57,238 nt of DNA from the IMG/VR virus record IMGVR_UViG_3300025070_000012, positions 62,001 to 119,238 of that record; one strand, written 5' to 3'. Shown here one piece after another: positions 56,929 through 57,238 of this stretch (position 1 is the stretch's first letter; each line of letters begins with the position of its first letter). The position numbers were made by a program, and so were the translations under genes. The DNA comes from an uncultured virus (IMG/VR IMGVR_UViG_3300025070_000012) (lineage: Duplodnaviria; Heunggongvirae; Uroviricota; Caudoviricetes). Below the pieces are notes generated by a model. It was not told the DNA's origin. It did not search any database and worked only from the letters and a program-made list of their open reading frames with translations.

Positions 56929-56959
56929 ATTGTAGTACATTTTGGCAGTAATGTCAAGC
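56929..56959 (-). promoter_or_regulatory. Early sigma70-type promoter for rnh
   Basis: GCTTGACA-17 bp-TACAAT. Confidence 0.7.
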
Positions 56960-56961
56960 TG

Positions 56962-57237
56962 TTATTTTTCGGACTCCTGTACTAGTAGCGAGAGAACCTG
57001 ATTCCACACGTTTGTGAAGGAATCGATATTGTTTCTCGCAAGGTTGTATCGATCACTGAATGTGAAACGATTAAAATAGTTTGGGTTCTCCTGTTGAACT
57101 TTGAGGAGTTGTGCAGCAATGGAGAATGCATAGTTCGCATGTGCACCCTTGTCTTCGTTATATTCGTAAACGATTGTCGCATTAGCCGCAGTCTCTGTCA
57201 ATGCACCGTAGTTTGGATGAATGACAATACATTGGTT
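56962..57237 (-). CDS. 3' end of a gene truncated by the window edge (possibly glycosyltransferase-like)
   Basis: Frame open to the window end (NQCIVIHPNYGALTET...); GALxET recalls GT-B glycosyltransferases, but the fragment is short. Confidence 0.4.
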   Translation of the reverse strand, partial: NQCIVIHPNYGALTETAANATIVYEYNEDKGAHANYAFSIAAQLLKVQQENPNYFNRFTFSDRYNLARNNIDSFTNVWNQVLSLLVQESEK

Positions 57238-57238
57238 T

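Noticed and set aside
1..57238. Stop-codon reassignment
   Set aside because: Core genes are intact in the standard code, and TAA, TAG and TGA all end genes at sensible positions.
1..57238. tRNA or rRNA genes
   Set aside because: No cloverleaf or T-loop pattern noticed in the few intergenic gaps, most of which hold small ORFs or promoters. Judged by eye only; tRNAscan-SE would be decisive.

Overview
A 57 kb segment of a large, AT-rich T4-like myophage genome. The host is probably a marine alphaproteobacterium, inferred from phage-borne GapR/DUF2312, pseudoazurin and an aa3-oxidase subunit IV-like gene. The + strand (1-29.9 kb) carries two large tail-fibre-type proteins, a three-gene sugar-modification cassette with its own sigma70-type promoter, and the T4 head/tail module gp13-14-15-16-17-18-19-20-(core)-21-22-23, with TATAAATA late promoters and back-to-back terminators. 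From 29.9 to 57.2 kb most genes are small, on the minus strand, and downstream of a repeated GCTTGACA-N16/17-TAnnnT early promoter. This part includes a respiratory-type cluster (pseudoazurin, oxidase subunit IV-like, small membrane proteins), GapR, a 2OG-Fe(II) oxygenase, an epimerase, DUF932, a Cas4-like exonuclease, a third fibre protein, PAAR, a HAD nucleotidase and T4-type RNase H. Best candidate for an undescribed system: a late-promoter-driven + strand island (36.4-41.2 kb) of five exported, Cys-paired proteins, including a pilin-like and a chaperone-like protein but no usher, followed by a class 3 lipase and two membrane proteins. All calls rest on motif recognition and synteny; no database searches were run.
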